The notes: generated by a model not told the origin, from the letters alone. DNA of 64,000 bases from Pristiophorus japonicus (GCF_044704955.1 NC_091980.1:130510001-130574000); one strand, 5' to 3'. Shown: positions 17,764 through 31,284, counted from the first letter of the stretch. Numbers and translations: made by a program.

Positions 17764-18234
17764 AATGGAGATGTGGGTGACAATGTGTTCAGTCATGTTC
17801 ATTCCCTCTCATTCTCACTCAATATATTGAATTTTACCAGGCATCATTCCATGAGAATAAAAATGACAGATCGTTGATGCCCCCATGTAGCCAATCCTCA
17901 GACACATGCCCATTCTCTATATTCGAACTGGGGGAAGTTCACACCACCCACAAGATGGAATTCCCATTCCACTGGCCAATGCTTGGTTTGTAAATGCACC
18001 AAGACGACTTGATTGCTTTGAATATTGTCTCAGTGCCACAGAAACTTGCAAGTAACAAACTTCGCCAGATTGTGAAAAACTCCTTTGGCGAAAGTAGAAC
18101 ATTATCATTTCATTCAAGTGAGAGCTTGAAACAACAGCACACTTTCAGATTTGAAGACGTTCAAGGAACCCAAAGGCAGTGACATCTGCAAGACTGATCT
18201 TCCCCAGCCCCCTCCGCCGAGCCCCCTCTCCTTT

Positions 18235-18345
18235 GTTAATTGGTGCCTCAATTCAGTGAAGATTCCTGATTGGCTCTGAGGGATTGTCAATCATCATTGG
18301 TGATGTCATACCCTGTTTGAATGCAGCTGTTCCAATAGTATAAAT
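18235..18345 (+). promoter_or_regulatory. Ferritin B1 promoter: clustered inverted CCAAT boxes + TATA
   Basis: ATTGG at 18239, 18269 (CTGATTGGCT) and 18296; TATAAA at 18339, 76 nt before the ATG. Confidence 0.7.
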
Positions 18346-18994
18346 ACAGTAGCTTGTGCAAGATAGAGTGAGTTCTTGAACTGTGTAGGTGATAGTGAAA
18401 TATAGATAGAGAAGATGGCCTCCCAAGTGCGTCAGAACTACCACAAGGACTGTGAGGCTGCTGTCAACAAGCAGATCAACATGGAGTTCTGTTCCTCCTA
18501 TGTTTGAGTTGTGTATTCTTTGTTGCTGCATTCTGAAAAGTTGTTAATTCTCCAGTTCAATGAATTGGCTTTAAGTTGTATTTCTCTTGACTTCCTTCCC
18601 TGGGGGAGCAGAGTCTTTGGGCAGTGAGAACTTCAACTGTGTAATACAGGGGATCTTGTTGAGTTCATGGACTGCTCCCTACAGCAGCTGCCCTCTATTG
18701 AGGTTTAATATCGGAAATCAGCGCAGCTGCTGCCTGAGTGTGACAGAAGAGCACAAACCTGGTCAGGGGCCTGTTGACCTGAGACAATGTTCAGTTTCAG
18801 TGGGGGACTGCAGTGAGTGAAATGTGGGTAGGTTCTCATTAGTGCTCTCATTAATTGGAGGTGATGTACTGAGAATCCTGCTGTTGGAGCCCTGCTCACT
18901 GCTGAGATCTCTTGCACTATTGTTGTGTAAACTACTAGAGTGGAGGATTTTTCTCACTCCATGTCCAAACTTTGATTTAGAATGGAAGAAGAAT

Positions 18995-19210
18995 CATTTC
19001 TATAATGCCTTTCACTACCTTGGAATATCCCAAATGCTTTGTAGCCAATGAAGGAGTTAAGTGTAGTTACCTGTTATGTGGGAAATGCAGCAGCCAATTA
19101 GTGCACAGGATGCTCCCACAAACTGAAATGAGATAATGATCAGATCATCTGTTTTAGTGGTGTTGGTTGAGGGATAAATATTAGCCAGGGCACTGCAGAG
19201 AGCTCCTTGC
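18995..19210 (-). mobile_element. SINE 3' fragment (DeuSINE/SacSINE-like) in B intron 1, followed by a minus-strand CR1 fragment to ~19600; paralog ~45980-46585
   Basis: Recognised from memory of the TATA..GCCTTTCAC..CCCAAA.GCTTT..AGCCAATGAAG..GCAGCCAAT..GAGGGATAAATATT motif. Confidence 0.55.
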
Positions 19211-20662
19211 AGTAGTATCTAGAACATGGAGAAGGCTTGAGGGACCAATGGCTGACTCCTGTCATTCACTAAGATCATTGCTAATCTTGTACCTCAACTC
19301 CACCTCCTGCACTGTCCCCATATCCTTTGCTATCCAAAAATCTATTGCTCTTGAATATACTCAATGACTGGAATTCTCTAACCCAGGAGCTGTGGAGGCT
19401 CAAAGAGTCATCACTGAGTGAAGACATTTCTCCTCATCTCAGTCCTCAATGACCCCTGGTTCTAGTCTCTCTCCAGCAAGGGGAACCATCCTCCCTGCAT
19501 CCAATCCTTCAAGTCCTGTAAGAATTTTGTACATTCCTAATGACATCACCTCTCATCCTTTGAACCTTGAATAGAGGCTCAGTCTGCTCAATCTCTCCTC
19601 CTTGATCTTTCACATCCACCTCATGACTGACACACTCTTGTGTGAATGGCAGAAAGTAGAGGAGTTATTGCTTATCCAGGAGTAGAATTTAGTTTGACTG
19701 GACATGAAATGTAATCCTGAACTTTAGTTTTATATGTTCAACCAGCAAAGGAAAAACTTTCATCATGCTATGGGGAGGTGAGGCTCAACTCCAATTGATG
19801 AAGTCAATGGCATTTTGCTAGTTTACAAATGGTGTCTATCTTTTTAAGAATTCATTCATTCTGGGGAAAAATAACTCTTGCATTGTATATGAAGATCAAG
19901 GTCTAAATAGGCTGTCTTAATTTCTCTCTGCAGTCCTTCTACTTTGACCGGGATGATGTTGCCCTGTGTCACTTTGCTGAGTTCTTCAAGGAGCAGTCAC
20001 ATGAGGAACGTGAGCATGCTGAGAAACTGATGCAATTCCAGAATCGCCGTGGAGGACGGATCATCTTGTCTGACATCAAGGTTTGGTTCAATTATTTAGT
20101 GGCCTTCTGTCTGGATACCCTTAGACCTGATTGTTTCAAATACCTCCTAAAGCAATTGATTCTGTGGTAGTGGAATTCAGTAATTCTATATTCCTGTGAC
20201 ACATTGTTTATGGTAAAATGGACTTCTGGTTGCTTTTTTATCCTATTTTTCTTTGTACTGTCTTTTGTATTTTGTTTGTTCCATTGTAAGTGAACTACCT
20301 GTGATTTTCCTCTTCAGAAACCAGAGCAGGATGAGTGGAGCAATGGTCTGGATGCAATGCAGAGAGCTATGCAGATGGAGAAGAATGTGAACCAGAGTCT
20401 GCTGGATCTGCACACAATCTCCACTGGGAGCACTGACCCTCATGTAAGTTCCTCATGTGGGTTTCTGGGCAACTTGGAGGTGGTGGAACATTGCTATCCT
20501 TGAGCTGTTTCAAAAGTGCTCCATGTCCAATAGCTTTGTTTTTAGGGGGGGGTGGTCTCTCTTGGGTTCTTCAGGGGGTGGGGGAGAGGACCATGAAGTT
20601 GGCCAACTATGGACATTGAGACATAAATGGGTCCCAATGTTTCCAGGATCTGAGCTCTCATT

Positions 20663-21959
20663 TGTAGGGGAGGATGAAAACCCCCTCATTTTACCCAGAA
20701 GGAAAAGGGCTGTGGGATCAGTCTGTGCTGTGAATTGAAACCGATGGAAGGAAAACTTTGGGACACAAATGGAGACCCCCCCAGTGTTTGGACTCAAAGG
20801 AAAGTGAATTTAATTTGGAACGATCTACCAAAAAGTTTGAAATCCTCAAGTGCACATGGAAGAAACTATGAACTTTAATCGAATTTGGGATTTTTTAAAA
20901 GGTCTGCAAGAAAAGGGATGTAGTCAATATCAAAAGGGCCAGTTTGGACATTGGAACTAATCAAATTGTCTGGGAACTGTATACCCTCGAAACTTGCCCC
21001 TTGAAAACATTAGCATTTAAACAATGCCACATACATATTCCAACACCTTTTTCATCAGGCATAGAAATATCTGGCTCAGGCCAGATTAGCACAATGGCTG
21101 CAGGAGGCGAATGCAATCAACACCCACTCAAACCTTGAGTAGGTTAAGATCAGTGGGGGAAAAAAAACCTAAAAACCTCAAACTGCTGCATTTTTCAAAA
21201 TCAAAAGTCCACCAATGAGAAGAATCGACTTCAGCAGGAGAGGCGGACTGGATAATCTGGCTATCAACAAGGGGTTTCTGACGTAGTGAAAAAAGAAATG
21301 ATGATTTTCCCTGCCCTCATGATTCAACAACCACAACCACAAGCCTCTCGACACTGAAGGAAAACCAGTGTCCGAAGATAGAAGAAACAAACCACCAGAC
21401 TGCGGAAGGCACAGTAGTGAGTATAACCTCCGGTCCCCAGAACTCCCAACTCAGTTAGGCCAGGAAAGGTGGGAGGTTGGGCATTGTACTGCTAAACTGG
21501 TGTAAAGATTTTTGTTGGGTCTGTTTTTGTGGGATTTAGGGGGATTGTTTTGTTGGTTTGCTGTTTGTTGAATTACACCTTGTCAAATAAATTGGAAGCC
21601 TAAAGTTCCTCTTGGAATCACCTTGTCTCAGTTCTATTGTATTACATCTCCTGATCGTGAGTCTTATGTCAGAACTGTGTAAGGGAAGCTAGGAGTGCCT
21701 TGAAAACGCTCAACTGTGTGTCACAGGCTAGGGAAGAAGGTGTTAGGAGTGTTTGACACTCACAGGTGCCTCACAGGCTAGGCAAAAGCTGTGGGGACGC
21801 ACGAGTCTCAAAACCCCCTTCATAAGCTGTGGATACAGTCTCTCCAGGGGTGCTCTTGCAGCACTCAGGGTACCTCACAGGTCAGGCATAAGCTGTGAGG
21901 GCAGAAGCCCAGAGAGAGACACCCAAGGCACAACAACAACCCTGTGAAAACCCCTTGCA
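20663..21959 (+). mobile_element. 1.3-kb solo LTR in B1 intron 3
   Basis: Termini TGTAGGGG...CCCCTTGCA; 4-bp TSD CATT (20659-20662 and 21960-21963); internal AATAAA near 21586; absent from B2 intron 3 (~47657). Confidence 0.85.
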
Positions 21960-22081
21960 CATTGCACAGTAGCAACTGGATCATTAGAGCAAATGTACAT
22001 CAATTTCAAATGCCCTACCTGATCCTTCTCCACTCCTAGAGAATTAAAATCCTAACTTGGGGGGGATGCACTGATCCTTGA

Positions 22082-22276
<195 letters not shown>

Positions 22277-23989
22277 TAAACTGACTGGGATCAAGCTTAT
22301 TGTGTTTAGTACTTGTATTTATATAATCAGGCCCCTATACTGTAGGGAATGAATGCTTGTGACTTTGTACAAAAAGAGCTGAAACCCATAACAGTAAATA
22401 AACTGTTCAACATTGGGCTGTGTTTTGTCACCTTGTAAATTTGAGTGGTTACTTATTTTTCATTTAACATAACTTGGTTTCTATCAAACAAGAATTACAC
22501 TGACCTGTGCAACATTTATATGGGATTCAGTCTTATGAAATATGTTTTCCCCCTTGTGTAATGTCTATGTATTGACTGGGCCATTCAGGCACCTGTTATA
22601 AGATCTAAAATGTTCAATGGTGTGTTTGGACAACTGACAGTCCCAGGGGATATTGGCCCAGTTACCAAAAGTCTGGTCAGAGGTATGTATTGAGAAGGTA
22701 CAGAGATGTTTAGGAAGGCATGTCTAGAGCTTGGGACTGATAAGCTGTATACAATTACCTGTTCCAACGATCTGGTTTTTACAAAGGAGAATTCAATCCA
22801 ACAAGATGTAACATCTGCTAAATTCAGGACCAATTTGCCAGTAATTCATTGCTGCACCATTTCAGTCGAATGAAGAAGTCCTGCATTAGCTTCCTATTTA
22901 GTCTATCTGCCTCGTGAACGAACAGCAGTTTGTATTCAATCGCTGCAACAGATCCTCTTCAGTTATGCAGGTCGTTCAGTAATGGGATTCACCACTGCTG
23001 CTATCGGCTTGCTGTTAAGCTTTGTAGGCAGAAAAGCAATATCTCAGCACACTGAACCCTGGGCACTACAATTGGGTGAGGAGGGAAAGCAACAGCTGGC
23101 ATCAACTTGCTGTCATAGCTTCAGTGCTTCGTGTGGATACCCTAGTCGTTCTGGGACAGCTTCTCTTCCGTCTGCTCCCCTAATGGTTGAATAACTTGCC
23201 AACACAACCTCCATTCAAACATGAATAAGGTATTGCAAGACTAACGATACTCCAACAACATTTAATACTTGGGGAAGGTGTAAATGTATTTAATTCCACA
23301 AAGCAAAAGGCACAAAATGTTAAACCCATTTCTGGCCACAATGCCTAAGCACTCAATTTATAAGCCTATCAATTTTTTTTTTGTTAATAATGAAATTCAC
23401 AGTGGTACTAACACCCTGGATTAGATCTCCATTTCTCTCCTTCATGGCTATGAATGGATACAAATGGTACTGCTGCTCCAATAATCCAGTGTTTCCGAGT
23501 TATTTTTAGGAATTTAACTGAGAACTGTGTTGAGTGCAATTAAATAGCCATGCACAGACATTCCAGGTTAATGTCTTGGCAACACTCAAGTGCCTTTCGG
23601 CTATTGATGTTACAAACTGTCATATATTGATGAGCCACAGTTCCACGAGTCGGCCTGGGTTTGCGTGCTGATGGGTTTGATGGCTTCATGTATCAACAAA
23701 TCTCTTGCTCACTCGATGTGAAACTTTACAGGTGCTCGTGTTTTAAGAATTACTTACAATTTGCAGCTCAGGAAAAAGACCATTTGGGCCAACTGGGCCA
23801 TGCTGTGGTTTATGCTCTATGTGAAACTTGTCCCACCCCACTTCATCTAGACCTATTAGCATATCCTTCTATTCCTTTCCCCTTTGTGTTGATCAAGCTT
23901 TCCCTTAAATGCATCTATGCTCTTTGCATTCAGAGTTATTACTGCGGGTAGCTCAGTAAACGCACCGCTGCTGCTGTGGATTTTCTGTT

Positions 23990-26900
23990 CAGCTGTGTGG
24001 GTAAAGAAGTGAGTAACAGCTTTCAAGACCCGCAATGTTTGAGCTCAAGGACAGCATTTATTGTCCGTCACTAATTGCCTTTGAGAAGGTGCTGGTCAGC
24101 CATCTTCTTGAACCGCTGCAGTCTTGTGGTGAAGGTACTCCAACAGTGCTTTTTGGGAGGGAGTTCCTGGATTTTGCCGCAGTGACGAAAAAGGAATGGT
24201 GATATAAACCAACCTGACTTGGAAATATAACGTGGAGGTGAACTTGCAGGCGATAGTATTCCCAAACTTCTGCTGCCCTTGTCCTTCTAATTGCTAGAGC
24301 TCGTGGGATGGCTTGTGCTGCTGAAAAAGCCTTGGCGAGTTGCTGCAGTGCATCTTGTCGATGGTACACACTGCAGCCATGGTGCACCGGTGGTGGAAGC
24401 AGTGAATGTGGAAGGTGGTGGATGGGATGCCAATCAAGCTGCCTGCTTTGTCCTGGATGGTGTCGAGCTTCTTGATGATTGCTGAAACTGCACTCAGCCA
24501 GTCAAGTGGAGAGTATTCCACCACACTCCTGACTTGTGCCTTGTCGATGCTGGAAAGACGTTAGGTGTCAGGAGGTGAGACACTCACCGCAAAATACCCA
24601 GCCTCTGGCCTGCTCTTATTACCAGAGTATTTATGTGGCTGGGCGAGTTCAGGTCCTGATCAGCGATGATCCCCAGGGGTTAATGCTGGGGAATTCAGCG
24701 GCAGTGAATGTTAAGGGCAGGTGGTTAGACTCTCGCTTTTTGCAGATAGTCATTGCCTGGCACTTGTGTGGTGCCATTGTTACTTGCCCATTATCAGCCC
24801 CACACTGAATGTCAAGCAGGTCTTGCTGCATGTGGGCATGGACTGCTTCATTTTCTGATGTCTTGCAAATGGAACAGAACACTGTGTAATCATCAGCAAA
24901 CATTCCCACTTCTGGCCTTTATGATGGAGGGAAGTTCATTGATGAAGCAGCTTAAGATAGTTGGGCCAAGGACACTGCCCTGAGGTATTCCTTCAGAGAT
25001 GTCCTGGGACTGAGATGATTGACCTCCAACAACCACTTCCTTTGTGCTAGATATGAGTCCAGCTCATCGAGAGTTTTCGATATTCACATCGACTTCAATT
25101 TTGCAAGGGCTACTTGATGCCGCACTCCATCAGGTGCTGCCTTGCTGTGAAAGGTAGTCACTCTCACCTCACCTGTAATTCAGCTCCTTTGTACATGTTT
25201 GGACCAAGGCTGCAACGAGATCAGGAGCTGAGTGGTCGTGGCACAACCCAAACTGGGAATCGGTGAGCAGATTATTGTCGACTGACCTATCAAGAAAGAT
25301 TGGATCAATTGGGATTGTATTCACTGGAGTTCAGAAGAATGAGAGGGGACCTCATAGAAACGTTTAAAATTCTGACGGGTTTAGACAGGTTAGATGCAGA
25401 AAGTATGTTCCCAATGTTGGGGAAGTCCAGAACCAGGGGTCACAGTCTGAGGATAAGGGGTAAGCCATTTAGGACCGAGATGAGGAGAAACTTCTTCACC
25501 CAGAGAGTGGTGAACCTGTGGAATTCTCTACCACAGAAAGTAGTTGAGGCCAATTCACTAAATATATTCAAAAGGGAGTTAGATGAAGTCCTTACTACTC
25601 GGGGGATCAAGGGTTATGGCGAGAAAGCAGGAAGGGGGTACTGAAGTTTCATGTTCAGCCATGAACTCATTGAATGTCGGTGCAGGCTAGAAGGGCTGAA
25701 TGGCCTGCTCCTGCACCTATTTTCTATGTTTCTATGTTTCTATGTTTCTATGGCAGGACTGTCATATGAGGAGAGACTGGATCAACTGGGCTTGTATCCA
25801 CTGGAGTTTAGAAGACTGAGAGGGGATCTCATAGAAACATATAAAATTCTGACGGGATTGGACAGATTAGAGGCAAGAAGAATGTTCCCATTGCTGGGGA
25901 GTTCCAGAACCAGAGGTCACAGTCTAAGAATAAGGGGCAAGTCATTTAAGACCAAGATAAGGAGAAACTTCTTCATTCAGAGAGTGGTTAACCTGTGGAA
26001 TTCTCTACCGCAGAAAGTTGTTGAGACCAGTTCATTGGCTATATTCAAAAGGGAGTAAGGTATGGCCCTTACGGCCAAAAGGATCAAGGGGTATGGAGAT
26101 AAAGCAGCAAAGGGGTACTGAGGTTGAATGATCAGCCATGATCTTATTGAATGGTGGTGCAGGCTCGAAGGGCTGAATGGCCTGCTCCTGCATCTAATTT
26201 CTATGTTTCTATGTTTCTATGTTTCTATGACAAAATCTTCCCTCACTTTGCTGATGATTGAGTGTAGACTGATGGGGCGGTAATTGGCCTGAATGGATTT
26301 GTCTGGCTTTTTCTGGACAGGACGTACCAGAGCAGTTTTTCACATTGTTGGGTAGATGCCAGTGTCTCTGTACTGGAACAGCTTGGCTAGAGGTGTGGCC
26401 ATGAATTTACAGATTGTGGTGCAATACAATTCTGCAGTTGCTAATGACACAGTGCCTCATGGATGCCCAGTTTTGAGCTGCGAGATCTGTTTTGAATCTA
26501 TTCCATTTAACACTGGTCAAACCACTCACCACAAAGGAGGGTGTCCTCAGTGTGAAGACAAGACTTTGTCTCCACAAGGACTGTGTGGTGGTCACTGCTA
26601 CCAATGCTGTCATGGACAGATGAATCTGTGACAGGTAGATTGCTGTGGATAAGATCAGTAGGTTTTTCCCTTGTGTTGATTCTCTCACCATCTGTCGGAA
26701 GCCCAATCTCGATGCTATGTCTTTCAGGACTCAGCCCGCTTGCTCAGTGCTACCGAGCCCCTCTTGGTGATGGACATTGAAGCCTATTGCTATATCAGTG
26801 CTTCTTCCAAGTGGCCTTCAACATGGAGGTGTACGGATTCATCAGCTGAGCGCGGGTGGTAGGTGGTAATCAGCAGGAGGTTTCCATGTCCAAGCTTGAC

Positions 26901-27290
26901 CTAAACCCATGAGACTTGATAGGTTCCAGATTAAATGTTCAGGACTCCTATCGCTACTCCCTCCCGACTGTATACCACTGAGCCGCCACTTCTGTTGTGT
27001 CTGCCCTTCTGGTGGGACAGGACATACGCAGGGATGGTGAAGGAGGAATCTGGGACATTGGACGAAAGGTATGATTCTGTGATTATGACTATGTCAGGAT
27101 GTTGCTTGACTAACCTGTGAGACAGCTCTCCCCATTTAGGCACAAGATACCAGATGTTAGTGAGGAGGACTTTGCAGGGTCGACTGGGCTGGGTGTACCA
27201 TTGTCATGTCAGAAGCCGGTGCCGAGGTCAATGCCGGGTTGTCCATCCTGTTTTATTCGAATTATTGTTTCTTGTAACGGTTTGTTATAA
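23990..27290 (-). mobile_element. Degraded CR1-clade LINE with endonuclease and RT remnants; paralog ~49680-52030
   Basis: EN: GELSHRLVKQHPDIVIITESYL, RSGGSVVY. RT: GMFADD, MQQDL..IQ, KLDTIQDKA. Confidence 0.85.
25283..26228 (+). mobile_element. Two head-to-tail young 5'-truncated CR1 copies (junction ~25752), unit 1 only
   Basis: Two LGLYSLEFRRMRGDLIE-type ORFs, each ending in (TTTCTATG)n; empty site GTCGACAAAAT at ~50965-50975. Confidence 0.92.
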
Positions 27291-27570
27291 CTGATCGGCT
27301 TGCTTGGCCATTTCAGAGGGCAGTTAAGACTCAACCACATTGCTTTGGGTTTGGAATCATATCGGCCAGATTTCCTTCCTGAAGGACATTAGTGAAGCAG
27401 ATTGGTTTTTATGACAATCCGATAGCTCCCTGGGCAACATTACTGATACTAGCCTTTTATTCCTGATTTTAATTTAATTAACTGAATTTCAATTCCCCAG
27501 CTGCCATGGTGGGACTTTGGATTATTAGTCCAGGCCTCTGAATTACTTGTCCAGTAACTTAACCACGATG
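27290..27570 (-). mobile_element. SINE-like / LINE 5' region repeat; paralog ~52030-52310
   Basis: Minus-strand motifs CACTAATGTCCTTCAGGAAGG and AATGTGGTTGAGTCTTAACTGCCCTCTGAAATGGCC, recalled as common shark interspersed repeats. Confidence 0.5.
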
Positions 27571-28705
27571 TTACCGCACTCTTTGCACCTCTTAATGGCA
27601 CTTTTGGACTATCGATGTCACCACAATTCATACATTGATGAGTCACAATTCTACAAGTCATGTTGGGTTTTGCGTGCTGATGAGTTTCACGGCTTCATGT
27701 TTCAGATAAAATAAATTCTTCAGCTCACTCGATGTGAAAAACTTTACAGATGCCCTTGTTTTAAGAATTACATAGAATTTACAGCACAGAAAAAGGCCAT
27801 TCAGCCTGGCAAATTGCAGTGGTGAGCGGTCCTTCTTGAACGTAAAACGCATCTAGGATGAGGTGAGGAACCGAATGAGACAAGATCGATTTAATTGTCT
27901 TTCAATCATGAGCATGGAGAGCGAAGTACTGAGAGGACTTGACTTCACACACTGAGCCTCCTCCCAACTTCATTTAACCCTATCAGCATATCCTGCCAAT
28001 CCTTCCTCCCTCATGTGTTTATCCAGCTTCACCTTAAACACTGTCTATGCTTTTTGTCTCAACTATTCCTTTTGATAGCGAGTTAAAAATTCTGAACACT
28101 CTCTGAGTAAAGAAGTTTCTTTGAAGTCTCTCTTAGATTATTCATTCTAACTTTCTATATAATCTATGGAGATCAGAACTGTGCGCAATACTCCAAGTGT
28201 TGTCTTGCCAAGGTTCTCTTTAAATTTAACATGCTGCACAGGGATGTGGTTCAGTTCACCTCAACTGTGTTCTCCCTGTGGCCGAGGAGCTCCGTCCGGA
28301 GTCACAGTGTGTATTTCGTCCCCTACGGGTAACAACGGACATGATCTTCGCAGCACGCCAATTGCAGGAAAAATGCAGGGAGCAGCGCCAGCCCTTGTAC
28401 ATGGCATTTTTTGATCTTATAAAGGCCTTTGAGACTGTCGACCGTGAGGGCTTATGGAGCGTCCTCCCTCCATTTTGGATACCCCCAAAAGTTTATCAAC
28501 ATTCTTCGCCTGCTCCACGTCGACATGCATGCCGTGATCCTAATCAGCGGATTTGTTACAGACCCATTCCACGTCCGAAGCTGGGTCAAACAGGGCTGCT
28601 TCATCGCTCCAAAGATTTTCTCAATCTTCCTCGCTGCCAACTCCACCTCACTGGCAACAAGCTTCCTGCTGGAGTGGAAATAATATACAGAAGCAGTGGG
28701 AAGCA

Positions 28706-29078
28706 ATTCTGACGGGTTTAGACAGGTTAGATGCAGAAAGAATGTTCCCAATGTTGGGGAAGTCCAGAACCAGGGGTCACAGTCTGAGGATAAGGGGTAA
28801 GCCATTTAGGACCGAGATGAGGAGAAACTTCTTCACCCAGAGAGTGGTGAACCTGTGGAATTCTCTACCACAGAAAGTAGTTGAGGCCAATTCACTAAAT
28901 ATATTCAAAAGGGAGTTAGATGAAGTCCTTACTACTCGGGGGATCAAGGGTTATGGCGAGAAAGCAGGAAGGGGGTACTGAAGTTTCATGTTCAGCCATG
29001 AACTCATTGAATGGCGGTGCAGGCTAGAAGGGCTGAATGGCCTGCTCCTGCACCTATTTTCTATGTTTCTATGTTTCT
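28706..29078 (+). mobile_element. Young truncated CR1 nested in the RTE, unit 1 only
   Basis: Nearly identical to 25369-25745; (TTTCTATG)n tail; absent at ~53388. Confidence 0.9.
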
Positions 29079-29717
29079 AACCTATGCCCTCTCCAGACCA
29101 GTGCAAGACCACCCAAACCTCTGTCGTTGAACTGCACTATGCGGACGACGCCTGCGTCTGCGCACATTCTGAGGCTGAACTCCAGGATTTAGTCGATGCC
29201 GTCACTGAGGCATATGAAATCATGGGCCTTGCACTTAACATCCATAAGGGAAAGTGCCTCCATCAGCCTGTCTTCGCCGCACAGCACGGCCCCCCAGACA
29301 TCAAGATTCACGGCGTGGCTCTCGACAATGTGGACCACTTCCTATACCGTGGGAGCCTCTTGTCAACAAAGGCAGACATCGATGCGGAGATTCAATATCG
29401 CCTCCAGTGCGCCAGTGCAGCCTTCAGCTGCCTGAGGAAAGGAGTGTTCGAAGACCAGGCCCTCAAACCTACCACCAAGCTCACGCTATACAGGACTGCA
29501 GTAATACCCACCCGACTGTATGGATCAGAGGCATGGATGACTTACAGAAGGCACATCTCGTCGCTGGAGATATATCACCAAAGATGCCTCCTTAAGATGC
29601 TGTAAATTCCCTGGGAGGACAGATGCACCGACATCAGTGTCCTCGCGCAGGCTAACATCCCCAGCATTGAAGCACTAACCACATGTGATCAGCTTTGCTG
29701 GGCAGGCCACTTGGTCC

Positions 29718-29869
29718 TTACTGCTAGGGGGATCAAGGGGTATGGCGAGAAAGCAGGAATGGGGTACTGAAGTTGAATGTTCAGCCATGAACTCATTGAA
29801 TGGCGGTGCAGGCTAGAAGGGCCGAATGGCCTACTCCTGCACCTATTTTCTATGTTTCTATGTTTCTAT
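29718..29869 (+). mobile_element. Young 152-bp CR1 3' end nested in the RTE, unit 1 only
   Basis: GTCC flanks both sides; (TTTCTATG)n tail; absent at ~54027. Confidence 0.88.
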
Positions 29870-30334
29870 GTCCACATGCCAGACATGAGACTCTCGAAGC
29901 AACTGCTCTATGCGGAACTCCTTTATGGCAAACGAGCCAAAGTTAAGCAGCGGAAACGTTACAAGGACACCCTCAAAACCTCTCTGATGAAGTGCGACAG
30001 CACCACTGATGCCTGGGAGACTCTGGCCGAAGTCCATCCTAGTTGGAAAAAGTGTATCCGGGAGAGCGTTGAGCTCTTCGAATCTCAACGCTGCAAGCGT
30101 GAAGAGGTCAGGCAGCGGAAGGAAGGTGTGGTAAATCAGTGCCACCCACCCCCTTCCCCCGACGAATATCTGTCCCATCTGTGACAGGGTCTGTGGCTTT
30201 CATGTTGGACTGTTCAGCCACCAACGAACTCACTTTAGGAGAGAAAGCAAGTCTTCCTCGATGCTGAGTGACTGCCTATGATGATGGGTTCAGCTGCAGG
30301 TATTCCTCGCTCTGAGCTCAGAACTGCGCCAATG

Positions 30335-30570
30335 GTTAACACTCATCTGTGCCTTTTTATCTCTAGAATTGACTATTTCAATGCTCTCCTGCTGGCCTTA
30401 CATGCTCCATAAACTTAAGCTTATCCAAAACTCTGCTGCCCGTATCCTAACACACACCGAGTCCCACTCACCCATAACCCCTGTGCTTGTGGACCATCAT
30501 TGGCTCCCGGTCTGACAGCGCCTCAAATTCAAGATTCTTATCCTTGTATTAAATCCCACCAGAGCCCTTC
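30335..30570 (+). mobile_element. L2-like LINE fragment; paralog ~54495-54730
   Basis: SRIDYFNALL..L..LKLIQNSAARILT..HWLPV..RL.FKIL motif. Confidence 0.7.
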
Positions 30571-30587
30571 CCTCACCTCTTTTCCCA

Positions 30588-30732
30588 GCACATTGATAAT
30601 ATCGGTGCTGTTTCCTGTTTTCACAATAAACTGGAACAATTAATTCACTATGTTCCCAATTTCCACCCTTCACTCACCTTCACATGGTCCATTTCTGTCA
30701 CTTCACTTCCCTTTCTCGACTTCTCTGTCTAT
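30588..30732 (+). mobile_element. Penelope-like RT fragment; paralog ~54745-54890
   Basis: HIDNI...NFHPSLTFTWSIS.TSLPFLDFSV, matching Penelope YIDD..LPFLD motifs. Confidence 0.65.
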
Positions 30733-31284
30733 CGCCTCAGTCTATCAGACAAATATCCAATGAGCTGTTTGGATGTTGCTTCAAACCCGCAGATACCTGC
30801 AAATGACCAACCTACTGAACAATCCAGAACTCTTAAAAAGACACTGAATCGCAAACAACAGAGGATTCAATGAATCTTTCAAGGTGGCCATTAACTGGTC
30901 CAGGCAGAGCACGGTCGATAGGGTGTTCTCTCTGTCTGCCTGCCTTTGTTCCGCAGCTATATCCGTGCCCGGGTATCCCTGGATTGGGAGCACGCGGTGT
31001 CTGCCGGTATGCTTGAGGCTTTCCGTCACCGGAGGGCACCAGAGGGAGGGGAGCGCAGCGTGGATACAGGGAAATAGTGTAAATTTTTAAAGTTTTTATG
31101 TTAGTTTTGTCATAATGTGGATCTGACAGTTTATTCCCCCTTATAAAGGGAGCACTTATGGTTTAAGTGTTTCCGATAGCTGAATTAAAATGCCCAAAGA
31201 ATAGAGAATCCAATTAAACCTGTGACTCTGGATATTTAAACTGTGTTTGAGGAAAGTTCGGACAATTGAGATCCTCATTGAGAT

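Larger units (their letters stand above)
28240..30290 (+). mobile_element. RTE-clade LINE RT/3' part, degraded; paralog ~52985-54445
   Basis: LRPESQCVFRP..TTDMIFAARQLQEKCREQ, FFDLIKAFETV, GVKQGC-like, ELHYADD, RL.KQLLY.EL; (ATG)n tail near 30278. Confidence 0.9.

Noticed and set aside
18371-18390. GTTCTTGAACTGTGT in the B1 leader, faintly resembling the ferritin IRE 5' arm
   Set aside because: No CAGTG loop, no complementary 3' arm, and not conserved in B2.
22585-23200. Coding-like sequence downstream of the B genes (82-aa and 70-aa ORFs, repeated at 48282-48882)
   Set aside because: No recognisable domain; ORF persistence is explained by the recent duplication.
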